This document shows positions 30,669-40,694 of a stretch of 64,000 bases of DNA, piece by piece. The DNA is from Veillonella sp. GTDB lineage: Bacteria > Bacillota > Negativicutes > Veillonellales > Veillonellaceae. Position 1 is the first letter of the stretch; the number at the start of each line of letters is the position of its first letter. A model generated the notes under the pieces. That model made no database searches, was not told the DNA's origin, and was given only the letters and a program-made list of their open reading frames with translations. The position numbers were made by a program, and so were the translations under genes. The stretch covers positions 561,376-625,375 of the forward strand of contig NZ_JBGKFB010000001.1 of assembly GCF_041333735.1 (NCBI RefSeq), written 5' to 3'.

Positions 30669-31931
30669 TTATGCGCCTACATAGAGTAAGTAGATATTCA
30701 TAACGGTTACTACAATGCCAATGCCCCATAATAGTACATTTGTATATGTATGGTTCGCATATTGCCCCATCACCTTGCGGCTACTTGTCATATAGAGCTG
30801 CAAGAAAATCGTAATAGGCAGTTGCAAGCTCAAGAACATTTGAGAGATCAACAAGGCTTGGAATGAATCAGTAACGAATACAATCAAAAGCAATGCTGGA
30901 ATATAAGTTAATGCCAAGCCTAATCTTGTATGGAAGTCTTTCATATCGTAAGACTCACCAAACATACCGGCAAAGATACTCGCCCCTGCCATACCTGCCG
31001 TAGCAGACGATGCAAAGCCCGCAAAGAGCAATGCGATAGCAAAGATTGTACCTGCTGCAGGTCCAATGAGAGGTCGTAACAACTCCTCAGCCTGTTCAAG
31101 CTCCGTTACTTCAATGCCATGAGCAAAGAACACTGCCGCCGCCAATAAGATCATGGCAGAGTTAATCATCCAGCCAATACCCATAGATAATAGGGTGTCT
31201 AGAAATTCATAACGCAATTGGCGCTTCATTACAGAAGGATCTTGTGTGTTGAACTGGCGACTTTGAATGATTTCTGAGTGCAAGAACAAATTGTGAGGCA
31301 TAATAACAGCCCCTAAGATACTCAAAATAACGAGCATCGATTCATTAGGAACCTTAGGATCTACCCAACCAATACCAGCTGCTGCCCAATCTACATTGAC
31401 CATATTGACCTCTACGAGGTACGCCAACGCAATAAGGGATACGAATCCTGCAATGATACGCTCTAGCTTCCGATAGGAATTGGTAATGAGCATAATGGTA
31501 CAGATTACAGCCGTCAAGATACTGCCTATCAAAAGAGGAATGCCAAAAAGCATTTTCAATGCGATGGCTGCACCGATAAACTCGGCCAATGCGGTCGCTG
31601 CCGCTGCAATGCCCGCCGTACTCAATACGAACCTAGACACGTAACGCGGCAAGAATTCATAAGCACATTCGGATAAACATTGGCCTCGTACAATGCCTAA
31701 GTGGGCCACGTTATGTTGCAATAAAATAAGCATAATCGTAGATAGCGTAACTACCCACAATAGTTCATAACCATAACTAGCACCAGCAGCGAGATTGGCC
31801 GCCCAATTGCCAGGGTCGATGAACCCAACCGTTACGATGATGCCAGGTCCTATATATTTAAAGACCTCGCTCACCTGCTGCTTACCGTTTTGGTGGACGG
31901 TAAACAGCTGTTTCTTTAAAAAATCAATCAT
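30669..31931 (-). CDS. mntH: Nramp-family Mn2+/Fe2+ transporter
   Basis: DPGN, GAVIMPHNLFLHS. Confidence 0.93.
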   Translation of the reverse strand: MIDFLKKQLFTVHQNGKQQVSEVFKYIGPGIIVTVGFIDPGNWAANLAAGASYGYELLWVVTLSTIMLILLQHNVAHLGIVRGQCLSECAYEFLPRYVSRFVLSTAGIAAAATALAEFIGAAIALKMLFGIPLLIGSILTAVICTIMLITNSYRKLERIIAGFVSLIALAYLVEVNMVNVDWAAAGIGWVDPKVPNESMLVILSILGAVIMPHNLFLHSEIIQSRQFNTQDPSVMKRQLRYEFLDTLLSMGIGWMINSAMILLAAAVFFAHGIEVTELEQAEELLRPLIGPAAGTIFAIALLFAGFASSATAGMAGASIFAGMFGESYDMKDFHTRLGLALTYIPALLLIVFVTDSFQALLISQMFLSLQLPITIFLQLYMTSSRKVMGQYANHTYTNVLLWGIGIVVTVMNIYLLYVGA

Positions 31932-31950
31932 TATAACTCCTTAAATAGGG

Positions 31951-32703
31951 TTATAGAGTGAAAGTCATCTCCGTTTGCATACGAGCATCGGTTTTAGATT
32001 TTGTATCCTTACCACCGGTATAACGGATGCGCACATTATTATTTACTTTAACGCGAGAGTCATCAATTTTGAACTTCTTCATTTTTTCTTTGATTTGTTC
32101 ATCAGTTAACGCGCGCTCTTCTGGTTTTGCCACTTCGTCATTAGCTGCATCTAAAGCCTCTTGTTGAGATTTAGATACTTGGTATGTTTTACCAGATTTC
32201 TTAGCTTTTTCAGCACGTTTTTCGTCTAATTTTTGACGGCGCTCTCGGGTAACCTTCTTATCGCGAGCAATACGATAATCCATTACATCACGCATATTTT
32301 CTTGATAAATACGCAACGCATATTGGCGGTCGTTTTCGTTCATTTGCTCCCGTTTAGTTACAACTTCGTCGATAAGCGGCATGAGTTCATCCTTTGTATA
32401 GCTTGTATTACCATCAAAGGCAAAACCATGTGTATCGGTAATAGCACCGTGCTTAACTAGTGTTTGTAATGCTGTATACGTCCAATCATTTGGTGTAATC
32501 ACACCTGCACTCACATGATGTTGAGCTTTGCTAGAACTACTAACAGTTTCTACATCAGCACTCACGCCATCTACCATAGGACGTGCGCTTGGAATAGCAA
32601 TACTTTCAGCATGTGCGAAACCAACAGAGGCAACGAGACATAATGCACCGATGCCAACAGCGCGACGAAGTAAATTCATGTGACGTGTATATTTTATATT
32701 CAT
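31951..32703 (-). CDS. Secreted protein with an SLH-like segment
   Basis: Signal peptide (AHA), PNDWTYTALQTLVKHGAI; promoter TTGACG-N17-TATAAT at 32738-32766. Confidence 0.7.
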   Translation of the reverse strand: MNIKYTRHMNLLRRAVGIGALCLVASVGFAHAESIAIPSARPMVDGVSADVETVSSSSKAQHHVSAGVITPNDWTYTALQTLVKHGAITDTHGFAFDGNTSYTKDELMPLIDEVVTKREQMNENDRQYALRIYQENMRDVMDYRIARDKKVTRERRQKLDEKRAEKAKKSGKTYQVSKSQQEALDAANDEVAKPEERALTDEQIKEKMKKFKIDDSRVKVNNNVRIRYTGGKDTKSKTDARMQTEMTFTL

Positions 32704-32869
32704 AAGAGTCTCCTTAAAATTACATTTTATACAATCTATTATATGAAACCCCTTGTCATACGTCAACTCTATAACCTTACACACCTGTATAAATCAATAT
32801 TCACAAGACCTCAGGCTCACTTGAGCCCTTACACCTTTAGGTCCATCCCCAGTAAATTCCACAATAAAC

Positions 32870-32901
32870 AAAAAGACCTCACATCGCGTGATGTGAGGTC
32901 T
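32870..32901 (-). terminator. tRNA terminator
   Basis: AGACCTCACATC-ACGC-GATGTGAGGTCTTTTT. Confidence 0.85.
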
Positions 32902-32906
32902 CAGCA

Positions 32907-32997
32907 TGGCGGAGGATTAGGGATTCGAACCCTAGCGACGGTAACCCGCCCTAACGATTTAGCAAACCGTCCTCTTCAGCCTCTTGAGTAATCCTCC
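32907..32997 (-). tRNA. tRNA-Ser(GCU)
   Basis: GGAGGAT acceptor stem, anticodon loop TTGCTAA, long variable arm, GGTTCGAATCC, encoded CCA; TTGACA at 33037-33042. Confidence 0.97.
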
Positions 32998-33047
32998 ATG
33001 CTTTACTGGGTAATCATATCATACCCAATAAGGCATTGTCAATCGTA

Positions 33048-33482
33048 TTATTTCAACATGGATTCGATGAACCAGATTTGTTTTACATAGTATGCAACGT
33101 GATCTTCCATCATGCTTACGAGCAAGAAGTCACCTTCTTCATCAGCAGCTGCACGGATTGCTACAGCTTGATCATTCATGTATTTGAAGTCTTTAAGAAG
33201 AATTTCAATTACTTTCGCTTGAGGGATATCTTCTTGACCCAATTCTTCAATTTTAGTCAATTTAGCGTATTCTGCAGAATTAACCAATGGGAATTGACCT
33301 TGCATTTTCACGTGTTCTGCTACTGCATCGAAGTATTCAAACGCTTCATCATAGATGGATTCCAAATATTCGTGAATGGATTTGAATTGTGGACCTGTTA
33401 CGTTGAAATGTAGGTTATGTAATTTTACGTTCCATACGGAAAGATCTGCTAAATATTGGTTTACTTGTTGTAAGTTTTTCAT
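33048..33482 (-). CDS. dps: Dps / DNA protection during starvation protein
   Basis: KLHNLHFNVTGPQFKSIHEYLE, DAVAEH, KQIWF; start set at MKNLQ. Confidence 0.93.
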   Translation of the reverse strand: MKNLQQVNQYLADLSVWNVKLHNLHFNVTGPQFKSIHEYLESIYDEAFEYFDAVAEHVKMQGQFPLVNSAEYAKLTKIEELGQEDIPQAKVIEILLKDFKYMNDQAVAIRAAADEEGDFLLVSMMEDHVAYYVKQIWFIESMLK

Positions 33483-33605
33483 AGTAATTCTCCTTTTTCT
33501 TTTAATTCTCAAATATAGTTTATTCAAAAAGCAGAATAAACCCAGTCGGCTTCTATGCCATCAATTCGTTTATCTAATTTGTAATCAGTATTGATTACAT
33601 AATTT

Positions 33606-33634
33606 ATTTTACCAATAATGATTTTCCTTGTCAA
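33606..33634 (-). promoter_or_regulatory. dps promoter
   Basis: TTGACA-N17-TAAAAT with an extended TG. Confidence 0.75.
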
Positions 33635-33746
33635 TACATTAAATCGATTTTTTTGAATATTTTTATAAAAAAACCTCTAACTACTAGTTCAACTAATAGT
33701 TAGAGGTTCTATCTTTCTATATTATATGCGGTTTTATTACACTATA

Positions 33747-34355
33747 TTAAATATAGTATTCTATGTAATCATCAGGAATTTTCTTTTCCTCTGCCTGGCC
33801 ATTATTAGTACGACGAGGTTTACGGACATACATATTTTCTGGATCTGTTTCAAAGATAACCATATCTTTAGGGATATCGTGTTTAATAACGAGGTTACAA
33901 CCGATTTTGGTACGAGCCCCAATCGTAATATCGCCTAAGATTTTCGTACCTGTACCGATGAGTACTTCATCTTCGATGGTCGGATGGCGTTTTACCTTTT
34001 TAGAGGACATGCCACCTAACGTCACTTGGTGGAACAAGGTCACATTATCCCCTACGATTGCCGTTTCACCGATAACGACACCCATGCCATGGTCGATAAA
34101 TAAACCACGACCGATGGTAGCACCTGGATGGATTTCAATGCCGGTTACGTGACGAGAATGAAGTGCTACGCGACGAGCCAAGGTTGGCCATCCCGCCTTA
34201 TAGAGGCGATGCGCAAAGAAATGCCAGAACAAGGCTGTAATATGCGGGTATGTCCAAATAACCATCCACACATTTGTTGCTGCCGGGTCAGAATCCATTA
34301 CGCGCTTAATATTATATTGAATTTTGCCCCATAATTCGCGTAAACCTTGTATCAT
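33747..34355 (-). CDS. cysE: Serine O-acetyltransferase
   Basis: DPAA, TGIEIHPGA, FIDHGMGVVIGETA, KRHP. Confidence 0.96.
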   Translation of the reverse strand: MIQGLRELWGKIQYNIKRVMDSDPAATNVWMVIWTYPHITALFWHFFAHRLYKAGWPTLARRVALHSRHVTGIEIHPGATIGRGLFIDHGMGVVIGETAIVGDNVTLFHQVTLGGMSSKKVKRHPTIEDEVLIGTGTKILGDITIGARTKIGCNLVIKHDIPKDMVIFETDPENMYVRKPRRTNNGQAEEKKIPDDYIEYYI

Positions 34356-34457
34356 AGCGACTCCATCTCAAATAACTCTACTCATATATAATATATAGTA
34401 TACAACATATGTGGTATGTATTCCTATACATAAGATGCTTTATCTATGCGAAATCCG

Positions 34458-35372
34458 TTACTTTACATATTCATTATTGGCGAAGTCCAAGAGGGATAAA
34501 TATTTTTCTACCCCATCCGGCGCAATCACCACGATATTCGCCTTTGGCTCTTCTCGAGCAATACGCTTTGCCGCAACAATAGCCGCCCCTGAAGAAAGAC
34601 CAATAGAAACACCGCTTTCACGCATAAAGGTTTGCACTTCGCTAAAAGCCTCTTCATCGCTTACAGTTTGTACTCCGTCCATCAAGCTTTGATCAAAGTT
34701 TTCAGGAATAAAACCTGCCCCAATGCCTTGAATTTTGTGAGGACCACCCTTGCCTTCCGTAATGGCTGGAGATCCTGTTGGCTCTACGGCAATGGCCTTC
34801 AAGTTAGGATTATGTTCTTTCAAACGTTTTGCAACGCCTGTGAAAGTGCCGCCAGTACCGATACCAGCTATGAAAACATCTACATTTGGCACTTGTTCTA
34901 CAATTTCGGCACCAGTTGTACGATAATGCATATCTGGGTTTGCAGGGTTTACGAATTGGCCCAATGTGAAAGCATTTGGATATTTATCTAAAATTTCATT
35001 AGCGCGTTCAAGAGCACCTCTCATACCCGTTTCTTTCGGTGTTAATATGAGCTGTGCACCATAGGCTTTAATGAGCTCACGACGTTCTTTACTCATGCTT
35101 TCAGGCATAATAATAACAGTTTTAATATGCAAGATAGCGCCCACCATGGCAAGAGCAATACCTGTATTTCCGCTTGTGGCCTCTACGATAATGCTATCTT
35201 CGTGAAGGCGTCCTTTTTCCTTAGCATCTTGTAACATGCCAAGTACAGCACGGTCTTTCACAGAACCGCCTACATTATATTTTTCAAGTTTTACATAAAT
35301 ATTGGTATTTGGTAATTGATATACCGGAGTTTTACCAATCAGTTTAGTTGTTTGATTTGTGACTATGCTCAT
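34458..35372 (-). CDS. cysK: Cysteine synthase A
   Basis: GSVKDR, TSGNTG, GTGGT, HKIQGIGAG; start set at MSIVTN. Confidence 0.97.
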   Translation of the reverse strand: MSIVTNQTTKLIGKTPVYQLPNTNIYVKLEKYNVGGSVKDRAVLGMLQDAKEKGRLHEDSIIVEATSGNTGIALAMVGAILHIKTVIIMPESMSKERRELIKAYGAQLILTPKETGMRGALERANEILDKYPNAFTLGQFVNPANPDMHYRTTGAEIVEQVPNVDVFIAGIGTGGTFTGVAKRLKEHNPNLKAIAVEPTGSPAITEGKGGPHKIQGIGAGFIPENFDQSLMDGVQTVSDEEAFSEVQTFMRESGVSIGLSSGAAIVAAKRIAREEPKANIVVIAPDGVEKYLSLLDFANNEYVK

Positions 35373-35585
35373 CTGATCCTCCTTTTGGCGATAGATGATA
35401 AAAATCGTCCTCAGGAACATCCCAAGGACGATATGATTTTCACCTTGTTATTCTCTATACACTGGATATAACCATTTGTGTATTCTCATAAATACACTCA
35501 TACTCTATCACCTGCATCTATGCATTGTCAAGAGAATGAGAACCGCTTTTAAAACCCTAAAAATATAGGAAATAACTAGGTTTAT

Positions 35586-36446
35586 TTATAAATTTCCCAG
35601 TGTGTCTACCACCATATCCCAGGTAATAGGCACCATAATGATAGCTAGCGCAACCCCAATAAAGATGACTGCCCCTAGTATAACGGTAAGCCGCGGAATG
35701 ATGGCTATAACAGTACTATTCGCTACATTATACGCCTTATCTATGTCATAGTGCAGTGCTACATAGCCCCATAGAAATCCTGCTATCAAATATATCGCTA
35801 CATAAGGATCTAGTATGATATGCGTTGATGTCATCGGTTCAACATGCATTAATCGATTGATAACTGGTGAAAGTAACACATTAGCGAGTATAGCTATAAG
35901 CTTGAACCATATAAGACATATAATATAAGGCCACATAGTTCTCATGGTCATCCGCAACATATAAAGCAGACCAACCATACCTGAACCCAATGTGCCCTTT
36001 GTATGCACCATGTACCGTTCCATCCAAGACGGTTGTTCTTTGCCTTGATGTAGTTGGTCATAATGAAACGATAAGTTTCTTTCGCCATGAGCCAAATCGA
36101 CGAGGCCTAACACTTGTAACAATACTAAAACAAAGACGAAAACAACGCCTATTTGGAAGCTTTCACTAAAGAATAGAGCCATCGGGTCAAATGTTAGCTC
36201 ACTCAAAGACGATAGATTACCATAAACATCATAAAATGCAGCATATATACCATTTGTCGTGAGTACATCTACGATAAACAGGGTCAATACAAAGATAAGA
36301 TACCCATTCCATCGAGCCCATCTACTAAGATGTGACAACTGCGTATGCTCCCCTACGATTATGGATGCAGGGTGAATAGACAAGATCACACCGATCATAA
36401 AAAACATTATGAACGATGTGCCCATTGTTATATATTCATATACCAT
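35586..36446 (-). CDS. Hypothetical membrane protein
   Basis: Multiple hydrophobic segments; immediately downstream of queF. Confidence 0.7.
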   Translation of the reverse strand: MVYEYITMGTSFIMFFMIGVILSIHPASIIVGEHTQLSHLSRWARWNGYLIFVLTLFIVDVLTTNGIYAAFYDVYGNLSSLSELTFDPMALFFSESFQIGVVFVFVLVLLQVLGLVDLAHGERNLSFHYDQLHQGKEQPSWMERYMVHTKGTLGSGMVGLLYMLRMTMRTMWPYIICLIWFKLIAILANVLLSPVINRLMHVEPMTSTHIILDPYVAIYLIAGFLWGYVALHYDIDKAYNVANSTVIAIIPRLTVILGAVIFIGVALAIIMVPITWDMVVDTLGNL

Positions 36447-36447
36447 A

Positions 36448-36945
36448 TTAACGGTATGCTACGCGCTCAGGCTGCATATCGTGGAAATGAAGGCGCTCTT
36501 TTGCCGTCTTTTCCCACTCTGTACCAGGCTTGCCGTAGTTTGCGTATGGATCGATGGACAAACCACCGCGTGGTGTAAACTTGCCCCATACCTCGATGTA
36601 TTTAGGATCCATCAACTTGATGAGGTCTTTCATGATGATATTGATGCAATCTTCGTGGAAATCCCCATGATTACGGAAACTAAATAGGTACAATTTCAAA
36701 GACTTGGATTCAACCATTTTCTTATCCGGTACATAAGAGATATAGATTGTGGCAAAGTCAGGTTGACCTGTCATAGGACATAAGCTAGTGAACTCAGGAC
36801 AATTAAACTTAACGAAGTAATCATTATCAGGGTGCTTGTTATCAAACGCCTCTAACACCTGTGGTGCATAATCAGTTGGGTAATCGGTCTTGTGACCTAA
36901 CATCGTTACCCCTTGTAACTCTTTTTCAGATCTGCCGGATGCCAT
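36448..36945 (-). CDS. queF: preQ0 reductase (type I)
   Basis: [30 protein letters not shown]. Confidence 0.97.
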   Translation of the reverse strand: MASGRSEKELQGVTMLGHKTDYPTDYAPQVLEAFDNKHPDNDYFVKFNCPEFTSLCPMTGQPDFATIYISYVPDKKMVESKSLKLYLFSFRNHGDFHEDCINIIMKDLIKLMDPKYIEVWGKFTPRGGLSIDPYANYGKPGTEWEKTAKERLHFHDMQPERVAYR

Positions 36946-37245
36946 AAGGAACCTCTTTCTATACATTCTAGAACTCTATAATTAGATATATTGAATAATT
37001 CATGTAACACTTAATTATAGCATATAAAAGAATACACCAGTTATAGAGATAAACGATTTCAGACTATAGTTAAATGACCGTTTCATCCTATGTCTCTAAA
37101 TAAACTATCCTATCCCCATAATCTAGTTCAATTATATTGCGCTCACATATAGATTGTATAAAATTAAAATTTATAATAAAATATTCATATACATTTGGTA
37201 ATGTTAATACATTCAGAGAAATATAACACCTTATGGAGGTCCCTT

Positions 37246-37992
37246 ATGAAATTAAAACAGCTTATTTTATCTAGCATCGCTGTAGGTGCATTAGCTTTCA
37301 CATTTGGCGCAGTACAACCTGCACAGGCGGCTATTGGCATGGAGAATCCAGGTCCAGCTATGAATCTTGAAAAGCCTGTATCTGTTACGACTGCCCATCA
37401 TATCAATGTAGATGGCAAGGTTGTTGAGCCTATTAACGGTCAACAAAATGTAATCTATGTAGATGGTCAACCACTCGTAGCATTGCGCCAAGTATCTGAA
37501 GCATTGGGCTATAAAGTAGCATGGGATGAGCCTACTAAAACAGCATTAGTAGACATGAATATCGCTACATTAGCTATCCAACCTGATTCTGCAGAGGTAG
37601 TGCGCCATGGCAAATTGAAGATTATCAACCTTGATACTTCTGAATCCTTCTTGCCTGCAGCTCGCAAGGTAGATGATACTATCTTTGTAAAACCTCAAGT
37701 ATTCAAATTATTATTGAACGATGTAAAAATTACAAAGGACGAAATCTTCATCGCCCCTCAACGCGCACAATTAGCATCTACTACAAATACAGAGGTAACT
37801 CACAAGAATGAACTCAACACATTCTTGCCACCATCTCAAAATGATGTAAAGAAAAAAGAAGATCCAAAGGCTACAGAAAAACCTCTTATTAAAATTAAGA
37901 AATCCTTAGCTAAAGATACTGTAACTACAGACGATCAAGCTCAATCTACAGACAAATCTGAATACCAACGTGCTAACGGATTAGATCGATAA
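37246..37992 (+). CDS. Secreted copper-amine-oxidase N-terminal (stalk) domain protein
   Basis: Signal peptide; LVALRQVSEALGYKVAWD. Confidence 0.8.
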   Translation: MKLKQLILSSIAVGALAFTFGAVQPAQAAIGMENPGPAMNLEKPVSVTTAHHINVDGKVVEPINGQQNVIYVDGQPLVALRQVSEALGYKVAWDEPTKTALVDMNIATLAIQPDSAEVVRHGKLKIINLDTSESFLPAARKVDDTIFVKPQVFKLLLNDVKITKDEIFIAPQRAQLASTTNTEVTHKNELNTFLPPSQNDVKKKEDPKATEKPLIKIKKSLAKDTVTTDDQAQSTDKSEYQRANGLDR

Positions 37993-38048
37993 CCGAAATT
38001 AAGAGATTGTTGAGCAAGCTCTCAACGCATTAAAAAATTTATGCAAAT

Positions 38049-38074
38049 AAAAAGGTCCCATACGGGACCTTTTT
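38049..38074. terminator. Bidirectional terminator
   Basis: AAAAAGGTCCC-ATAC-GGGACCTTTTT. Confidence 0.85.
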
Positions 38075-38129
38075 ATTATATAGCATATATAGTTATCCGA
38101 AATTAGTTTTACTAAATTTGATGGCTATA

Positions 38130-38525
38130 TTATCTGCCAAAACCATAACGGTTAAGAGCTGTATTACCATTACCATATATAGCCATAATCTTCGCCATGA
38201 AATAGTCAGCTACTGCTAGAGAGTATGCTGCAATATCATTGTAATCAGAGTATTTTGGTGCAACATTAGTCACAGTAATGTTTTCAATAGTAGTACTAGC
38301 TTTAGGAGTAGTCAATTTATTTGTAGTAGGTGCAGGATCTGTAACAGTTACTGTAGAACCCATGGCTGGATTAACATAACCTGTTGGAGTAGATACTGGT
38401 GGACGTTGGGAATCAGTATATTTGTAGCCATAAGAAGCGTCTGCTTGTTGTGGTGCTACTGTAACAGCGCCAAAAGCAAGTACAGCTGCGGCCAAAACGA
38501 TAGAGAATTGTTTTGATGCTTTCAT
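38130..38525 (-). CDS. Secreted Thr/Pro-rich hypothetical protein
   Basis: GGAGG RBS, signal peptide ending ADA. Confidence 0.75.
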   Translation of the reverse strand: MKASKQFSIVLAAAVLAFGAVTVAPQQADASYGYKYTDSQRPPVSTPTGYVNPAMGSTVTVTDPAPTTNKLTTPKASTTIENITVTNVAPKYSDYNDIAAYSLAVADYFMAKIMAIYGNGNTALNRYGFGR

Positions 38526-38644
38526 AAAAAACCTCCAAATAACACAAAAGTATTTTATCAAAAATTATGATAACGTAGATTTATTATAAACTATCTAAAT
38601 AAACGCACAATGAAAGAGGGTTAATATCATTTATCTTTCATTTA

Positions 38645-40258
38645 TCACTTTATTTTGATACCTTTGAAAGCATCTTTCACCTCATCCATTTGGCGTTTTA
38701 CATCACCAACAGATTCTTTTACATCATCGGGAACCTTGATGCTATCTATACCTTTAGCTGACTCAGAGGCACGTTTACTATTTTCACCAGCTTGCTTCAT
38801 CCCCGCTTTAATCCGGTCCATATTCTCATCGATCTCATCGAAGGATTCGTCGTAGAGGATAAAATTACTACCCCCATGAGATGTAATGTTGAGCGACCCC
38901 ATGGTGAGCTGCCCATTATCGATACGCAACGCATCTGTAGAAATGGTCGTAATATTTGTATTGACTGTCACATCACTAAAGGATAAATGGCGCCCCTTAT
39001 TGTGAAAGTTTCCTGTAATATTTTTAATTGGAATGAGCATATAATGACCTTCACCAGACCAGAAATTCCCCCATACCTCCATATCACGAGGCTTACCTTC
39101 GCTTTTAAAGTTTAAATTAGCCGATACAGGGACGACGAACTCAGGCGTTTTAAGAGCTTCGCTACTATCTAAATCCTTAGCTACACCTGTAATCGTATAG
39201 GCTCTTGTATCTAAATTGTATACCCCTTTTGCCTCTAATTTGCCACTGTACACATTAGCATTAACATTTTCAAAGTTTAAAATGCCATCTTGGTACGTTA
39301 CATCACCCACTACATTTTCAAAGGTAAGTGCAGGAATCCGTAAAATAGGCATCGTTACACGGCCTTTAGCCAACGGTCGATTAAAATCACCTGTTACTCG
39401 CGTTAGTAAGGTCATAGAATCGTGAATATTATCGCCAAAACCAAGTGACGATGGGTCTACACCTTTCACATCAAACTGTAAATCTAGCTGAGGCATGCGA
39501 TGCTTTGATACATCCTTTAAATCGACGCGACCTTTCAATGTAAGCCCATCGCCAATAGCTGTACCACCGAACTTACCCGTTTCCATATCGATGCGAATAG
39601 CACGGTTACTATCGAGATGGATCTTAGCCTCTACATTCTTCATCACATAGTGACGATTTTTCTGAAAGATTTCTAGCTGATTATTTCTAAGCGTAATGGT
39701 AAGGTCCAAATGTTGGCCTTCCCAATTAAAATTACGAACCTTCTTACCCAGTTCCTCCTGTCGCTCTTGCGTCGTCTTTTTAGGCGGCTTAGGGCGAGGG
39801 TCCACCTCATCGAGAGGCTTATTCACATCAGGCGAAGCAGGCACAAAATCGAGCCGGTTGTTATCATCTAGATCGACTACGATTGTTGCATCGTTGAGCT
39901 CAATTCCATTGATAGCAGAAGCCTTAAAGTTACGAGTGACAACATCCCACATATTGACGCGAATTTTACCACTGGGAACGGTGAGCAATTCACGACCTTC
40001 TGAATCCCTCCACACCAAGTCGGTAAAGGATAATGTTCCCCACGGCGTTGCAGTTAAACGCTCTACTGTTACAGAACCACGCATCATCGTTTGTCGAGCC
40101 ATAACCTCGTTAAAGATAACACCCATCCCGCGACTTGCTATCGTAGCCAACACAAAGAAAATAATCGCTCCAATGGCAAGAAACGCAGCAATGCCTTTTA
40201 GGCCTTTCTTATACAATTGTTTATATTTTGTCCAATAGGAACGTATGTAATGTTTCAT
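38645..40258 (-). CDS. AsmA/TamB-like envelope protein
   Basis: N-terminal transmembrane anchor followed by a beta-strand-rich repeat pattern (ANVYSGKLEAKG). Confidence 0.65.
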   Translation of the reverse strand: MKHYIRSYWTKYKQLYKKGLKGIAAFLAIGAIIFFVLATIASRGMGVIFNEVMARQTMMRGSVTVERLTATPWGTLSFTDLVWRDSEGRELLTVPSGKIRVNMWDVVTRNFKASAINGIELNDATIVVDLDDNNRLDFVPASPDVNKPLDEVDPRPKPPKKTTQERQEELGKKVRNFNWEGQHLDLTITLRNNQLEIFQKNRHYVMKNVEAKIHLDSNRAIRIDMETGKFGGTAIGDGLTLKGRVDLKDVSKHRMPQLDLQFDVKGVDPSSLGFGDNIHDSMTLLTRVTGDFNRPLAKGRVTMPILRIPALTFENVVGDVTYQDGILNFENVNANVYSGKLEAKGVYNLDTRAYTITGVAKDLDSSEALKTPEFVVPVSANLNFKSEGKPRDMEVWGNFWSGEGHYMLIPIKNITGNFHNKGRHLSFSDVTVNTNITTISTDALRIDNGQLTMGSLNITSHGGSNFILYDESFDEIDENMDRIKAGMKQAGENSKRASESAKGIDSIKVPDDVKESVGDVKRQMDEVKDAFKGIKIK

Positions 40259-40293
40259 AGAGCTATTATATCATGTCGAGGATGCGAGTTTTG

Positions 40294-40656
40294 TTATGCT
40301 TCGTCGTCGGTTACGGCCTTGGTACCTCTTGTGCCTGTCCGTATACGCATAGCGTCTTCTACATCGTATACAAAGATTTTACCGTCCCCTACTTCACCGG
40401 TTTGTAATGTGTTTCGCGCTGTATCCATTACAAGATCTACAGGCACATCACACACAACGGTTTCAACTTTTACCATAGGAATTAAATTCACATCATATTG
40501 TTGGCCCCGATATACTTCGGTATGGCCTTTTTGTAAGCCACAGCCAAAGACTTGTGACACTGTCATACCTTGAATACCAATCTTGTTTAAGGCCTCTTTT
40601 AAATCCTCTAGCTGCTCTGCACGAGCGATTATATCTACCTTTTTCATTCGTTTCAT
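40294..40656 (-). CDS. glnK: P-II nitrogen regulator
   Basis: GMTVSQVFGCGLQKG, YRG, GDGKIFV, RIRTG; adjacent to amtB. Confidence 0.93.
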   Translation of the reverse strand: MKRMKKVDIIARAEQLEDLKEALNKIGIQGMTVSQVFGCGLQKGHTEVYRGQQYDVNLIPMVKVETVVCDVPVDLVMDTARNTLQTGEVGDGKIFVYDVEDAMRIRTGTRGTKAVTDDEA

Positions 40657-40694
40657 ATATGTATCTCCTATGCGTACTATCTATCAATCACCAA

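Noticed and set aside
32800..32855. Hairpin (GACCT...GGGCTC-AAGT-GAGCCT...AGGTC) as a Mn or fluoride riboswitch for the mntH operon
   Set aside because: Lacks yybP-ykoY and crcB consensus, and lies upstream of the predicted promoter at 32738-32766
32680..32991. 103-aa ORF
   Set aside because: Antisense to tRNA-Ser and to a promoter region
32907..32997. tRNA-Ser as an integration site for an island
   Set aside because: No integrase and no duplicated tRNA 3' end noticed in the window
36946..37030. preQ1 riboswitch upstream of queF
   Set aside because: AGAGGTTC is present but serves as the RBS region; no closing stem or A-rich tail
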